Origin: Felis catus
Taxonomy: Eukaryota
Assembly: GCF_018350175.1 (NCBI RefSeq)
Contig: NC_058369.1
Coordinates: 11,720,001-11,780,000, forward strand
Direction of reading: 5' to 3'
DNA length: 60,000 bases
Below, piece by piece: positions 1 through 27,776 of the stretch; positions within the stretch are counted from its first letter, which is position 1; each line of letters begins with the position of its first letter. The position numbers and the translations under genes were made by a program. The notes under the pieces were generated by a model that was not told the DNA's origin, made no database searches, and worked only from the letters and a program-made list of their open reading frames with translations.

Positions 1-2404
1 GAAACATTTCCTTCGCATGTCACTTAGAAAGGTCCTTTCCCCTACTCTCCCTGATGGGTCAGATAGAATGCTTGCATTGACCTGTGACGTTTTACCAAGC
101 CCACTTTACAGACATGAAGACTGAGGTTCAGAGGGGTGATAGGCTGTGCCCAAAGCTGGTGACTCACAGAGTGACTGCCACCTCTGGTCTGACACACACT
201 TGTCCACTTCCCGGCTCTGGGTGTGGATGGGGGTTGATGTCCTGGGAGGGGTCAACCTTTGCCTTTCTGTGTGTTTCTGGGGGCCATTGCATAAGCCAGG
301 CTTGTGTCATTTGGCAGCTGAGACATTCCTTGTTGGATGAGAAACCACTGGGGACGCTCTGATCCTTCTCTGGCTCAGAGCAGAATGTCCACACCTGAGG
401 CTTCCTGCCTCAAGAGTCAGGGGGAGTCCCGGTCTAATAGACTCTGCCTTCTTGATCACTGGGGGTTGTTGGTTGGGGTATGGGGGTTGACCTCTGGGGG
501 GGTCAACCTCTGCCTTTCTGTGTGTGGCTCGGGGCCATTGCCCAGAGGCCCTGTGTGGTTTTAGTCCTTGTGATGGCTCATCAAAGTTCAACACGTACTT
601 ATAGCTTCCGTATGGGGCCGGATTTTGCCAGCTGCCTTGGCCTTGGTCACTTGTGTGATCTTGCATGTGTGTGCTGTTAGCTCCCGTGTCAAACGAACAA
701 CAAGCCACCTGCCTTTTTGTGCAGCATGGGTATCCTGCCCCACGCCTGCCCCTGGTGACTCTCCCTCTTCCTCCAGGTCTCTGCTCGCCCTGATGCCAGG
801 CTGAAGGTGGGACCCTCCCCCTGGCACGTCCCTTATCACGGTCTGTTATGTTCTTGATCATTTACTGGGTCACCGCCCATCTCCCACCGGAAGCGAGGCC
901 TTTGACAGTGGAGTCTGTGTTCACTGCTGCATCCCCGGTGCCTAAAATTGTGTGTCCCCCACACAACAGATGGTCAGTAGACACGTGGTTGTGTGAACAA
1001 CCCCTGGAGATTTAGATTCTTTTTCTCCTTACGTTGTGACTGAAACAAAACAAGATAAAACTGGGAATCAGAGAAGTGAAGCCTTTCCCCTCCCCACTTT
1101 CTCTGCAGAACCTGGACTCAGAGGTCTTAAAGCAACATTTCTTAAAGCTTGAAGGCATGTATACTTTTCCTGAGGATCTACTTAGACGCAGTTTGGTGTC
1201 AGTATTTCTGGGCCAAGGTGCGAGATGCTGTATCTCCCGCAAGCTCTCAGGTGATGCCTACGGTGGAGGTCTGAGGACCACACTGAGTAACCGATCCTTA
1301 GAACTCATGGCTGCAAACCTTTCTTTCATCCCCAGATATTTAACGAGCACGTACTATGTTCTAGGCTCTGCTGCCGTCTGTGCTGTGATATTCACCTCAT
1401 TAGCTGTGGGGCTGTAGCAATTGCCTCACCTGTCTCAATCTCTGGTTCCTCCTCTGTCAAAACGGGCTCGTGAATTGTGGGGCTGTTGGATAATTGCACC
1501 ACCACAACAGCAGCGAGAACAGTGACTGGCATGTATTAAGCCCGCCCTCCTTGTGTCCTATGTGTTTTACGTGCGTCGGCTTTTAAAATTATTCCTGCTA
1601 TCTTAGGAGGTGGCGCTAGCAAAATGCCCATCTGCAGAGGGGAAGGAGCATGGCTGAGACGGTCAGGGCGCCTAGTGGGAAGTGAGGGTTGCCCCGGTGC
1701 CCAGGCTGGCTCCACCGGCTGTGTGACTTGGGACAGCTGTATAATAGGGAGAAAAACGTGGATAATGTATCTACAGGGCTTAAAACGGGATCGTGGCTCA
1801 TGTGGACAAATGCCATTCCTGCTGTAGCTGCCTGCCCATTCCTGGCACACAGTAGGTGCACAGTGAGCTGAGCCACTCTAGGCACTGGGTGCTCTTTCTC
1901 TTGTGTGTCCAGGATTCTGCCTGGATCATTGTACTCTGATCTTGCCTCCTGGCCCTGATATGGATAGGCCTGCCAGCAGGGGAGGGCTGCCTCCATGGAG
2001 GGGGAGGAAATCAGGGGGTGGGGTGGGAAGAGGGTGCAACCCACCCCACGAAGGGCTTCAGGACCAGCCACCAGGACCCCCTGGCTGGAGGGAGAGGGAG
2101 GTTTGGGGTCTTCCCAGCACTCTGCGCGTGTCAGGACGACTCTTTGCCCGTGCCCTGCTCAGTAGCTTTGCCAAGCTTGGACCGGGCTTAGGAGTGTGGC
2201 AGACCTGGGATCCTCCCAGCTCTGCAACTTGGGCCGGAAGCTTGCTTTCTCTGAGCCTCTTCTGTTTGCTCTTCTGTTAAATAGGCATCTTCCCTCCTAT
2301 GGATGTCATCGCCTGGATCTCTCTCTCTCTGATTCCAGGGCACTGGCCCAGAGAGTTGGCAGGTGCGGGGGAGAGGGGGCGGAGATGTTTCATTATCTCA
2401 TTGG

Positions 2405-3012
2405 CAGAACACGTGGTGCACAATAGGTTTACTTTACATAGAGTACCTGGCACACAGAGGGAGCATTTTATGCACAGTACCTGGCACTCAGTGGGCATGC
2501 TTAATGTCGAGCACCTGCCACACAGTAGTCAAGGTTTTTGCAGAGTACACAGCAAAGAGTACATGGCACACAGTAAGCATGTTTTATGTAAAGTACTTTG
2601 CACAGAGTGCTTATTTTACGTAAAGCACCTGCCACACAGTAGGAGAGCTCTAAGAGGGCACCGGGCACACAGTAGGTATACTTTCCATGGAACACCCAAC
2701 ACACAGTGGGTGTGCTTTATGCAGAGCACCTAGCACTTAGTAGGCATGCCTTATAGAGAGTCCCCAGCACATGTAGGCATGCTTTAGGTCAACACCTGGC
2801 ATACGGTTGACAGGATTTGTGTCAAACAGAAGGGGTACACAGTGGGTGTACTTTATACGACGTACCTGGCTCGTGGTAGGCACACTTCATGTGGCATTCC
2901 CAACACATGGTAGGCACACTTTTTGCGGTACCCAGCACATAGTAGGCACACTTTACAGACAGTCTTCTGCAAACAGTAGGTTTACTTTACGTGTATGCTG
3001 GCACAGAGCAGC
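2405..3012 (+). repeat. Degenerate ~34-bp minisatellite (about 18 units), copy A
   Basis: Recurring unit close to GCACCTGGCACACAGTAGGCATGCTTTATGTAGA. Confidence 0.8.
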
Positions 3013-3739
3013 ACACACACTAGTCAGGAGCTCTTTCTTGGCAACTTATCTTTTTGGGGGTCCCTGATCTTTCCTACCTTCCTGTGGAACCGTCTTCTGT
3101 CCCCCTCTCAGGCCCTCATCTGACATCCCATTTCCCAGATGGCAAGACTGAGCCTAGAGAGGGCCGGCACAGCCCAAGGTCACAGCCAGGAGGGTGCTGA
3201 ACTGCGTGCAGGGTCTCCCAGCTCTGTCTGGGCCCCCTTCCCTCTCCTGGCCTCCTGCAGCCTTACCCCCTCACCTCCAGGTGCCTTCTTCCCACTGGGC
3301 CCTTTACCCCCTGAGTCTGATGCAAGTAACCCCCAGCCAGAAGGGCTTTTTGTTCCTGCCCCCTGAGGTCTTGTGTCAGCCCAGGCCCTAGGCTGCTTGG
3401 AGGCAGGACTTGAACTCCTGCCAGGCTGTGCAGCCCAGAGGCCCGAGGCTTCCTGATTCTGCGCTGGGAAATGGTGCATGCCTCTGACCTGCCACGTACG
3501 TGGAGAGAAGCCCCAGAGATGTTTTGGGACTCTGATTGGCTGTACCCTGCCCCCATGGCACCTGAATTCGCATGTTCAAGCTTTTCCCTGCTGTCCCCTG
3601 CTGGCCTTGAAAGGGCAGGGGTTGCTGTTAGCTTGGGGCCCAAGAGTCACTTTGCCCATCCCTCACCGGATCCCCCACCCCCACATGGGAGGTGCTGAGT
3701 TCTGAGGATCCAATCCCATACTCTATAACACAGAAGTCT

Positions 3740-3865
3740 CCATCCCCCACCTACTAGTTGGGCCACTGCCAGGTGGGGAGGAGGTAAGCAGGCAGCAGGG
3801 ATTGGCTGGTTTAGCCTGGCCACTGCCACTGTCCCCTAGGTCAGGTGCCAGGGACAAAGACTTTT
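3740..3865 (+). promoter_or_regulatory. Proximal promoter of gene A (SRE-like, inverted CCAAT, DR1/HNF4-like motifs)
   Basis: caggtggggag near 3770, ATTGG 3801-3805, gggacaaagact 3851-3862 just upstream of exon 1; motif resemblance only. Confidence 0.45.
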
Positions 3866-3867
3866 CA

Positions 3868-3914
3868 AGAGGAGGGGAGAGGAGGCTGTGTGGATAAGCT
3901 GCCGTGGTCTGAAG
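3868..3914 (+). other. Probable non-coding exon 1 of gene A (5' end approximate)
   Basis: ggggagaggaggctgtgtgg...ctgaag|gtacct resembles the short untranslated first exon of CYP4F2/F3; donor at 3914/3915; acceptor ccag|G ATG at 4279/4280. Confidence 0.6.
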
Positions 3915-4280
3915 GTACCTGGCTGGGGGTCTTGATCCTGGGTAGCAAAGGATGCTGCCCAAGGGTGGGGTGACTCCAGAGAGCCGCTGGGAGCAGAGTG
4001 GCTATTGGTGGGTGGTTAGCTATCTCTCTGTGTCTCTGTCTTTCTTTTTCACCCTCTCACTCACTCTGCCTCTCCCTCTGGAATTCTCTAGGTCTTCCTC
4101 CCCTCTCTGAATCACCATTTGCCCAGTGCTGAGCACTCAGCATGCCTACCCCTGTCTGTCCCTGCCCCTCCCATTCCGGTGTGGCGGAGGGGCTCTCCCT
4201 CTGTTCCTGAAGAGTCCAGAGAGCTCACCCTTGGGCCCATTTCCTCGGCCTCAGGAAAATCTGTCCCCTCTGCCTCCAGG

Positions 4281-20850
<16,570 letters not shown>

Positions 20851-21859
20851 CCCGCCAGCTCCCCCTGGCTCGGGACCCACCCCGACCCTACACACGCCCC
20901 CTGGCGGATTCCCAGGACTAGAACTGTGTGGTCTCCTCTGCCCAAGCGCCACTGAGAGCCAGCAGGGGGCGCTCGGGACCTGCGGGAACGCAGTGGGAGG
21001 GCGAGGGCGAGGGGTGGGGTGGAGGGGAGGCTGGTGTGTGAGCGCAGCAATCTGGCAGCCTTTCCAGCTGACCCCCCGCCCCCTTCTGATTGCGGGTTCT
21101 CCCACAGCCCAATAAGGGCTTTTATCCTGTAGGCAATTGGGAGCCATGGGAGGGGTTTGAGTAGGAGAAGGACCACTGTTAAAGACTGACTGAGGGGCAT
21201 GTTTCAATCTCTGGGTCACAGTGGAGAACCCATAGTGGCACTACTCTCTGGCCACTCTGACCTCTGTTCCTATCTAATATACCCAAACTTTTCTTGCCCC
21301 AGAATCCGTCACTATGTTTCCATGGTCACTATGTTCACTGAAACAAACATAGATGCTTTCTGCTGTGTGTCTGATCATTGCAATCATTGTATCCGTTATG
21401 TGGTCTGTTGTTTTTGCTAGTTTTCACTGGTAGGTTTAGTGGTCTCGTGTGCCTGTTTATCTTTGCTTGAGTATCCATTATCATATTCGATATAACCTGT
21501 GTAGAACTTGGAGAAGGTAGCTTTCTCTAGGAGGCATTCTTCGAGCCTTGCTGGTCAAGGATGATGTTCAATGGAGTTCAAGGCTTGTGGTGCCAAGATC
21601 ACTAAGGCAGTCTAAATTCCAGCAGAGGTCACACTTGCAGTCCCCTCTGCCGGTGTCTTCTCCCCCAGAGCAGTGTAGCTCCTGGAGGCTTCCACCTATG
21701 TAAGGAGGACCTTCTTACAACTTTTCTTTCCCATGTCACTCTAGGCTTTGATTTTTCTCCCCTGGCCGTGAGGCCGTCAAAAGAGTTTCACACTTCCCTG
21801 ACTGGCTCCAGCGCAAAAGTATAATTCATGCTCCTTAACTCCAGGTTTCTTTTTGCTTT

Positions 21860-22736
21860 TCTTTTTTGTAATGTTTATTTATTTCTGACAGAGAGAGAGA
21901 GACAGAGCATGAGCGGGGGAGGGTCAGACAGAGGGGGAGACACAGAATCTGAAACAGGCTCCAGGCTCTGAGCTGTCAGCACAGAGCCTGATGCGGGGCT
22001 CGAACTCACAGACCGTGAGATCATAACCTGAGCCAAAGTCAGATGCTCAACTGACTGAGCCACCCAGGAGCCCCCAGGCTTCTTTTTTCATTTGAGTGGC
22101 ATCTTTGTTACATTTTTTTCCCACATTTATTCGTTGTTGAGAGACAGAGAGAGACAGAGCACAAGTGGGGGATGGGCAGAGAAAGAAGGAGACAGAATCG
22201 GAAGCAGGCTCCAGGCTCTGAGCTGTCAGCAGAGCCTGATGCAGGGCTTGAACTCACGAGCTGTGAGATCATGACCTGAGCCGAAGTCAGATGCCCAACT
22301 GACTGAGCCACCCAGGTGCCCCTTGAGTGGCATCTTTGTAATTCTTTACTGTCTTTTCAGGTCATTTATGCATTTAAGAAATTGGAAAAGGGGGCACCTG
22401 GGTGGCTCAGTTGGTTAGGCGTCCGACTCTTGGTTTTGGCTCAGGTTGTGGTCTCACAGTTTTGTGGGTTTGAGGGCTGCATGGGGCTCTGTGCTGGCAG
22501 CGTGGAGCCTGCTTGGGATTCTCTCACTCCCTCTCTCTCTCTCTCTCTCTCTGCCTGTCCCCCACTTGCACTGTCTCTGTCTCTCTCAAATAAATCAGTA
22601 AACTTAAAAAAAAAGTAATTGGAAAAGTATCCAGCTATGAGAGTTGTGTTTTTTTAAATTGAAAGGTTAATCCCAATAACCTAGCTTGCCATTAATGGAA
22701 CACGAAGTCTCAGTTGGAATTTTATCCATTTCATTT

Positions 22737-22797
<61 letters not shown>

Positions 22798-22964
22798 CCA
22801 GTGCAAGTGTGGGAGGGGCAGAGGACCAGGGAAAGAGAGAATCTTAAGCAGGCTTCACATCCAGCTCAGGACTCAACATGGGGCTCAGTCTCACGACTGT
22901 GAGATCATGACTTGAGTCAAAATCAAGGGTAGGACCTTTAACCAACTGAGGCACCCAGGCACCC
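21860..22964. mobile_element. Cluster of four Can-SINEs (about 21860-22075 -, 22110-22322 -, 22390-22615 +, 22745-22964 -)
   Basis: SINE consensus matches; TSDs ttgagtggcatctttgt and ctcagttggaatttta. Confidence 0.88.
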
Positions 22965-23899
22965 CTCAGTTGGAATTTTAAATGGTGATGATCCAGTTAT
23001 CGCTCTACTGTTGAACGTATTCAGGGCGATGATTGCCTTTAAGTGTATAGATTTCTGGACCACAAAAGCTCACATCAGGGTTTAAGGGAGGGGACAGCAC
23101 ATCCCCCAGAGATCCTGGAATTTGGGCTACATGGAGGTAGCAGGTGGTCTTTGAGACTGGCTCCCCCGGGGATGTTCCTGGTTAGAGAGAGGGGTACACA
23201 TTGGATGTTTTGTCAACAGGATGGACTGTGCTGGAGACTGCTAACTGTGTATCCTCATATTCATTTTTGCCTTCCTATAACCCTTAGCTTTTAGTTTAGG
23301 TGCATGGCAGACTGAAATACAGATTGCATTTGAATGCTTTTCTTGAAACTAGATTGGCTAAATGACTATACCCTGTCCCATAGGAAAAGTCAAAGAGTAC
23401 CTGGTAATTCTAGAAGCTCTGCTTAAGGAAAGGTAGACACTCTCTGTCCAGTTTCCCCTTTCTTCTTTGCTGTGTCTTGGGGTGATGTGGGGACCTGCAG
23501 CTTCATCCTGGATCAAGGAGGTAAGACTACTCTTCAAGGAAGGTGGGGCAGATAACTAGATGCAATTAAGTTCAGATGACCCTGGATCCACGGCACCTTG
23601 GAGTTTTACTGCCAGGTCACAATCACAGTTTACTAATCATTAGCTGTTTGGGTGGGGGGAAATTGTTGGTCTCTCTGAGGTTGAGTTCTGTTACCATACA
23701 GTTATAGCCACCTTGTTTCACTGAGGGAGAGACTGAATAAGCAAACATGTGCAACATCACTCAATCAGTAGGTGTTAAGTACTCTCTTCTTTTTGCATCG
23801 CATTCTAACATTTAAAAGGCTGTAGTCGCAAAAGTTAAATTTAAGTATTGGGAAATGTGACAATCTTCTGTGAAGAAAATTATCATTAGAAGATCTAGT

Positions 23900-24379
23900 T
23901 AGTTGGGAACGCAAGCTGGTGCAGCCACGCTGGAAAACAGTATGGAGGTTCCTCAAAAAACCAAAAATAGAACTACCGTACAACCCAGCAATTGCACTAC
24001 CGGCTATTTATTTTTAACAAATTTTTTTTCAACGTTTATTTATTTTTGGGACAGAGAGAGACAGAGCATGAACGGGAGAGGGGCAGAGAGAGAGGGAGAC
24101 ACAGAATCGGAAACAGGCTCCAGGCTCTGAGCCATCAGCCCAGAGCCTGACGCGGGGCTCGAACTCATGGACCGCGAGATCGTGACCTGGCTGAAGTCGG
24201 ACGCTTAACTGACTGTGCCACCCAGGCGCCCAAGTACCGGCTATTTATTAAGGGATGCAGGTGTGCTATGTCAAAGGGGCACATGCAGCCCAATGTTTAT
24301 AGCAACGCTATCGACAATAGCCAAAGTATGGAAACAGCCCACATGTCCGTTGATGGATGAATGGATAGAGAAGATGTGG

Positions 24380-24431
<52 letters not shown>

Positions 24432-24835
24432 GGAGTATTACTCAGCAATCAAAAAGAATGAAATCTTGCCATTTGCAACTACGTGGATGGAACTGGAGGG
24501 TATTATGCTAAGTGAAATTAATCAGTCGGACAAAGACAAATATCATATGACTTCACTCATGAGGACTTTAAGAGACAAAACAGGTGAACATAACAGAGGG
24601 GAAACAAAAATAATATAAAAACAGGGAGGGGAACAAAACAGAAGAGACTCTTAAATAGGGAGAACAAACTGAGGGTTACTAGAGGGGTTGTGGGTGGGGG
24701 GATGGGCTAAATGGGTAAGGGGCACAAAGGAATCTACTCCTGAAATCATTGTCGCACCATATGCGAACTAATTTGGACGTAAATTATAAAGATGAAAATA
24801 AAGAATGTTTAAATCAAAAGAAAAAGAAAAAAAGG
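23900..24835 (+). mobile_element. 5'-truncated carnivore L1 (ORF2 end and 3' UTR) interrupted by a young Can-SINE (about 24013-24232, -)
   Basis: MEYYSAIKKNEILPFATTWMELE L1 signature; SINE TSD taccggctatttatt at 23998-24012 and 24235-24249. Confidence 0.88.
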
Positions 24836-25308
24836 AAGATACAGTTCTGAATATCCATAGTTGTTACCTCTGAGTAATTCAAGGGCCTTTGATGCCAAGC
24901 TGTCCTTGAAGCTAGGAAGAAAAAAAAAAAAAAAAAAAAAAATCGGTCTAAAGAGGCATGATCCGGACTTCTTTTTTGCTTACGTGTTTCAAGAGGTGGA
25001 GGTCACGAAGGTCCCAAGAGAGAAAAGAAGGTGGGGGGTGGGGGGTGGGAGTGGAAGGGCCTCCTTCAGCACCTGGGACAGCGGCCGCTCCAGGACTCCC
25101 TCCTCTCAAGCTGTAGGAGTACTTGCCCTGGGCTACTGAGTCCAGGGCCTCAAAACCTTTCTGGGCCCACAGATGGGGGGCCCAGGAGGCCTAGTGACTG
25201 CAAAATAAGAAAGGAACATTGCAACCTTAAATGAATAAATAGTATATTCTAAGCTGAAAATAACATGTTTTTCTTGCCGAGTTCTTAACTAAAATTACTT
25301 TTCCCGTT

Positions 25309-25916
25309 GGGGTGCCTGAGTGGCTCAGTGGGTTAAGCGTCCAACTCTTGGTTTCTGCTTAGGTCATGATCTCAAGGTTCCTGGGTTCGAGCCCTATGTT
25401 GGGCTCTGCAGTGACAGCGGGGACCCTGCTTGGGATTCTCTCTCCTTCTTCCTCTCCCCGCCCCCTTCCCCACACACCCAATAAATAAATAAACCAAAAA
25501 ATTTTTTTCATATTCCCAAAATGATACATCTGGGTTTTTCTTGAAAGAAAGCGCCAGTGGAGTGAGAGGCAGAGGGATGGGGAGAGCGAACCCACGTAGC
25601 TTGATCTCACTACCCTGGGACCATGACCTGAGGTGAGATCAAGAGTCAGATGCTCCTGGGCCATCTGGGTGGTTCAGTCGGTTAACCATCTGACTTCAGC
25701 TCAGGCCACCTTCTCATGGTTCATGAGTTTAACGCCCACATTGGGCTTTGTGTTAATAGCACAGAGCCCGCATTTCAGATCCTTTGTCCCCCACCCCCGC
25801 CCTTCCCCTGCTTGTACTCTCTCTCTGTCTCTCTCAAAATAAATAAGTAAACTTAAAATAATTAGTCCTAAAAAGAAAGAGTCAAAGGCTCAATTGACTG
25901 AGCCACCCAGGTGCCC
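25309..25916. mobile_element. Can-SINE cluster including a + SINE (about 25658-25860) nested in a - SINE
   Basis: The interrupted minus SINE resumes at aagagtca around 25878. Confidence 0.75.
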
Positions 25917-26591
25917 CAAAATAATACATCTTCCTAGAAGAAAACACCAAGAAGAAACAGTAAGAAATAAAAATCACTTTTATATCCATAATTCCAACAA
26001 GTCAAAATAATCCCTTCATATTTTCTCACGTATACTTCCAGCTTGTATTTGTATATAATGTTATGCAAATAAAAAGTATATTTACATCTAAAACATGCAT
26101 TTACATTTACACATCATCTTCTGTGTAAAAATGCTCTTTTATTGTCTAATAAGTGCATGACAAGATGGACAACATCATTAGACCTTAGGGAAATGCAAAC
26201 CAATGCAAAGCTTCCATTAAAATTGTCCTTGTCAAGAAATTTTTGGCTATTCTAAGTCTTTTGCAATTTCATGTAAATTTTATAATCAGCTTATCTATTT
26301 CTACAAAAAGTCCTGCTGGGATTAGGGTTGTGATTTCTTCAAATCTATAAATCAATTTGCAGAGACTTACTATCTTAGCAAGGTGGAGTCTTTCAATCCA
26401 TGAATATTGCTTCTCTCTCCATGAATTTGGGCCTTCTTGGGTTTCTTCCACAAGTGTTTTCAAATTTTCTTCATAGAAATCTGGAACACATTTTGTTAGA
26501 TTTATACCTCAGTATTTCACTTTTTCTGGTGCATAATACTTTAAAATGGGTATATGAAAATATTGTTCCGATTGTTTATTGCTTCTATCCA

Positions 26592-27019
26592 GCAGACTTG
26601 GCGTTCTTTTTCTGCAAAGGACCATATGGGAAACATTTTAGGCTTTGCACATCCCATTCAGGATCTCCTCTTCCTCTTGCCCCTCTTCTCCGTTTACAAT
26701 GGTCTTATTTTTGAGAGAGGGAGAGACAGAGACAGAGACAGAGGCAGAGTGTGATTGGGGGAGGGGCAGAGAGGGAGAGGGAGACACGCAATCTGAAGCA
26801 GGTTCCAGGCTCTGAGCTGTCAGCACAGAGCCTGATGCAGGGCTTGAACTCACAGACCGTGAGATCATGACCTGAGCAAAGTCGGACGTTGAACCGACTG
26901 AGCCACCCAGGTGCCCCCTACAGTCCTCTTAAAATATAAAAACACCTCTTAGCTTATAGACCATACGAAAACAGGCCACAGGCCAGATTGGTCCATGGAC
27001 CATAGTTTTCTAATCCCTG
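26592..27019. mobile_element. MER58-like hAT DNA transposon relic with inserted Can-SINE (about 26700-26917, -)
   Basis: Terminal motifs ttttctgcaaaggacca...ttttaggctttgc and ggccagattgg...catagttttctaatccctg. Confidence 0.55.
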
Positions 27020-27527
27020 GAATATAGAAGTAGAATTTCTATGTTCTATATTCTAGGTAGAATATCTTCTGTATACATTTTTGTCTATTGATCTTGTATC
27101 CTGAACTCTATTAGGTAATTCCCATTGGAACACAGAAAATGTGGTTGTTTCCTCAGTCTTAAAAAGTCCCTTCCCTTGACCCACTTTCCCACTGATGAAC
27201 CATTTCTTCCCTCCACCATGAGCTAACTCCTCCAAAGAGTGAGCTCTACTTGTGTTCAATGTCTCCTCTTGCACTACAAACAGGCTTTGAGTTTCTGCTA
27301 AGGACTGAGATGGTGAATTAATGAGAGAGGGAGGAGGAGAGGCATGAAGCCCATCGATCCCCAGGACTCTGCTGCACCTGCGTGTATTGATTCTAAAGGA
27401 CACGAGCCTGCTGTCACTCACTGCTGTGGGTCTCTTTCCTTTATTGGGTGTGTGGCCAGCACCCATGCTGCTAGAAATTTTGGAGACAACAGGCTCTGGC
27501 CTGGCCTCTGGTCTCCATTAATTCAAC

Positions 27528-27776
27528 ATGTGTGTGAGTGTGTCTGTGTCTAAGTGTATGTGTGACTGTGTGTGCGTTCGTGCTACTGTGTGTATGTGAG
27601 TGTATCCACGTAATTGGGTGCATGGATGGGAGCATGTGTGTAAATCTGTGTGCATGTGTGTTTGTGTGTGCATGGTGAGTGTGCGCGTGTAAGCGTGCCA
27701 CTGTGTGCACGCGTGGATGCATTGGTGTGTGTGTGTGTGTCTATGTGTGTGTGTTTAAGGGTGTGACTGTGTGTCT
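27528..27776. repeat. Degenerate (TG)n tract
   Basis: Directly visible. Confidence 0.85.

Noticed and set aside
2405..3012. Regularly spaced repeats superficially like a CRISPR array
   Set aside because: Mammalian DNA, no cas genes, and whole units diverge with no conserved-repeat/unique-spacer structure; it is a decayed minisatellite
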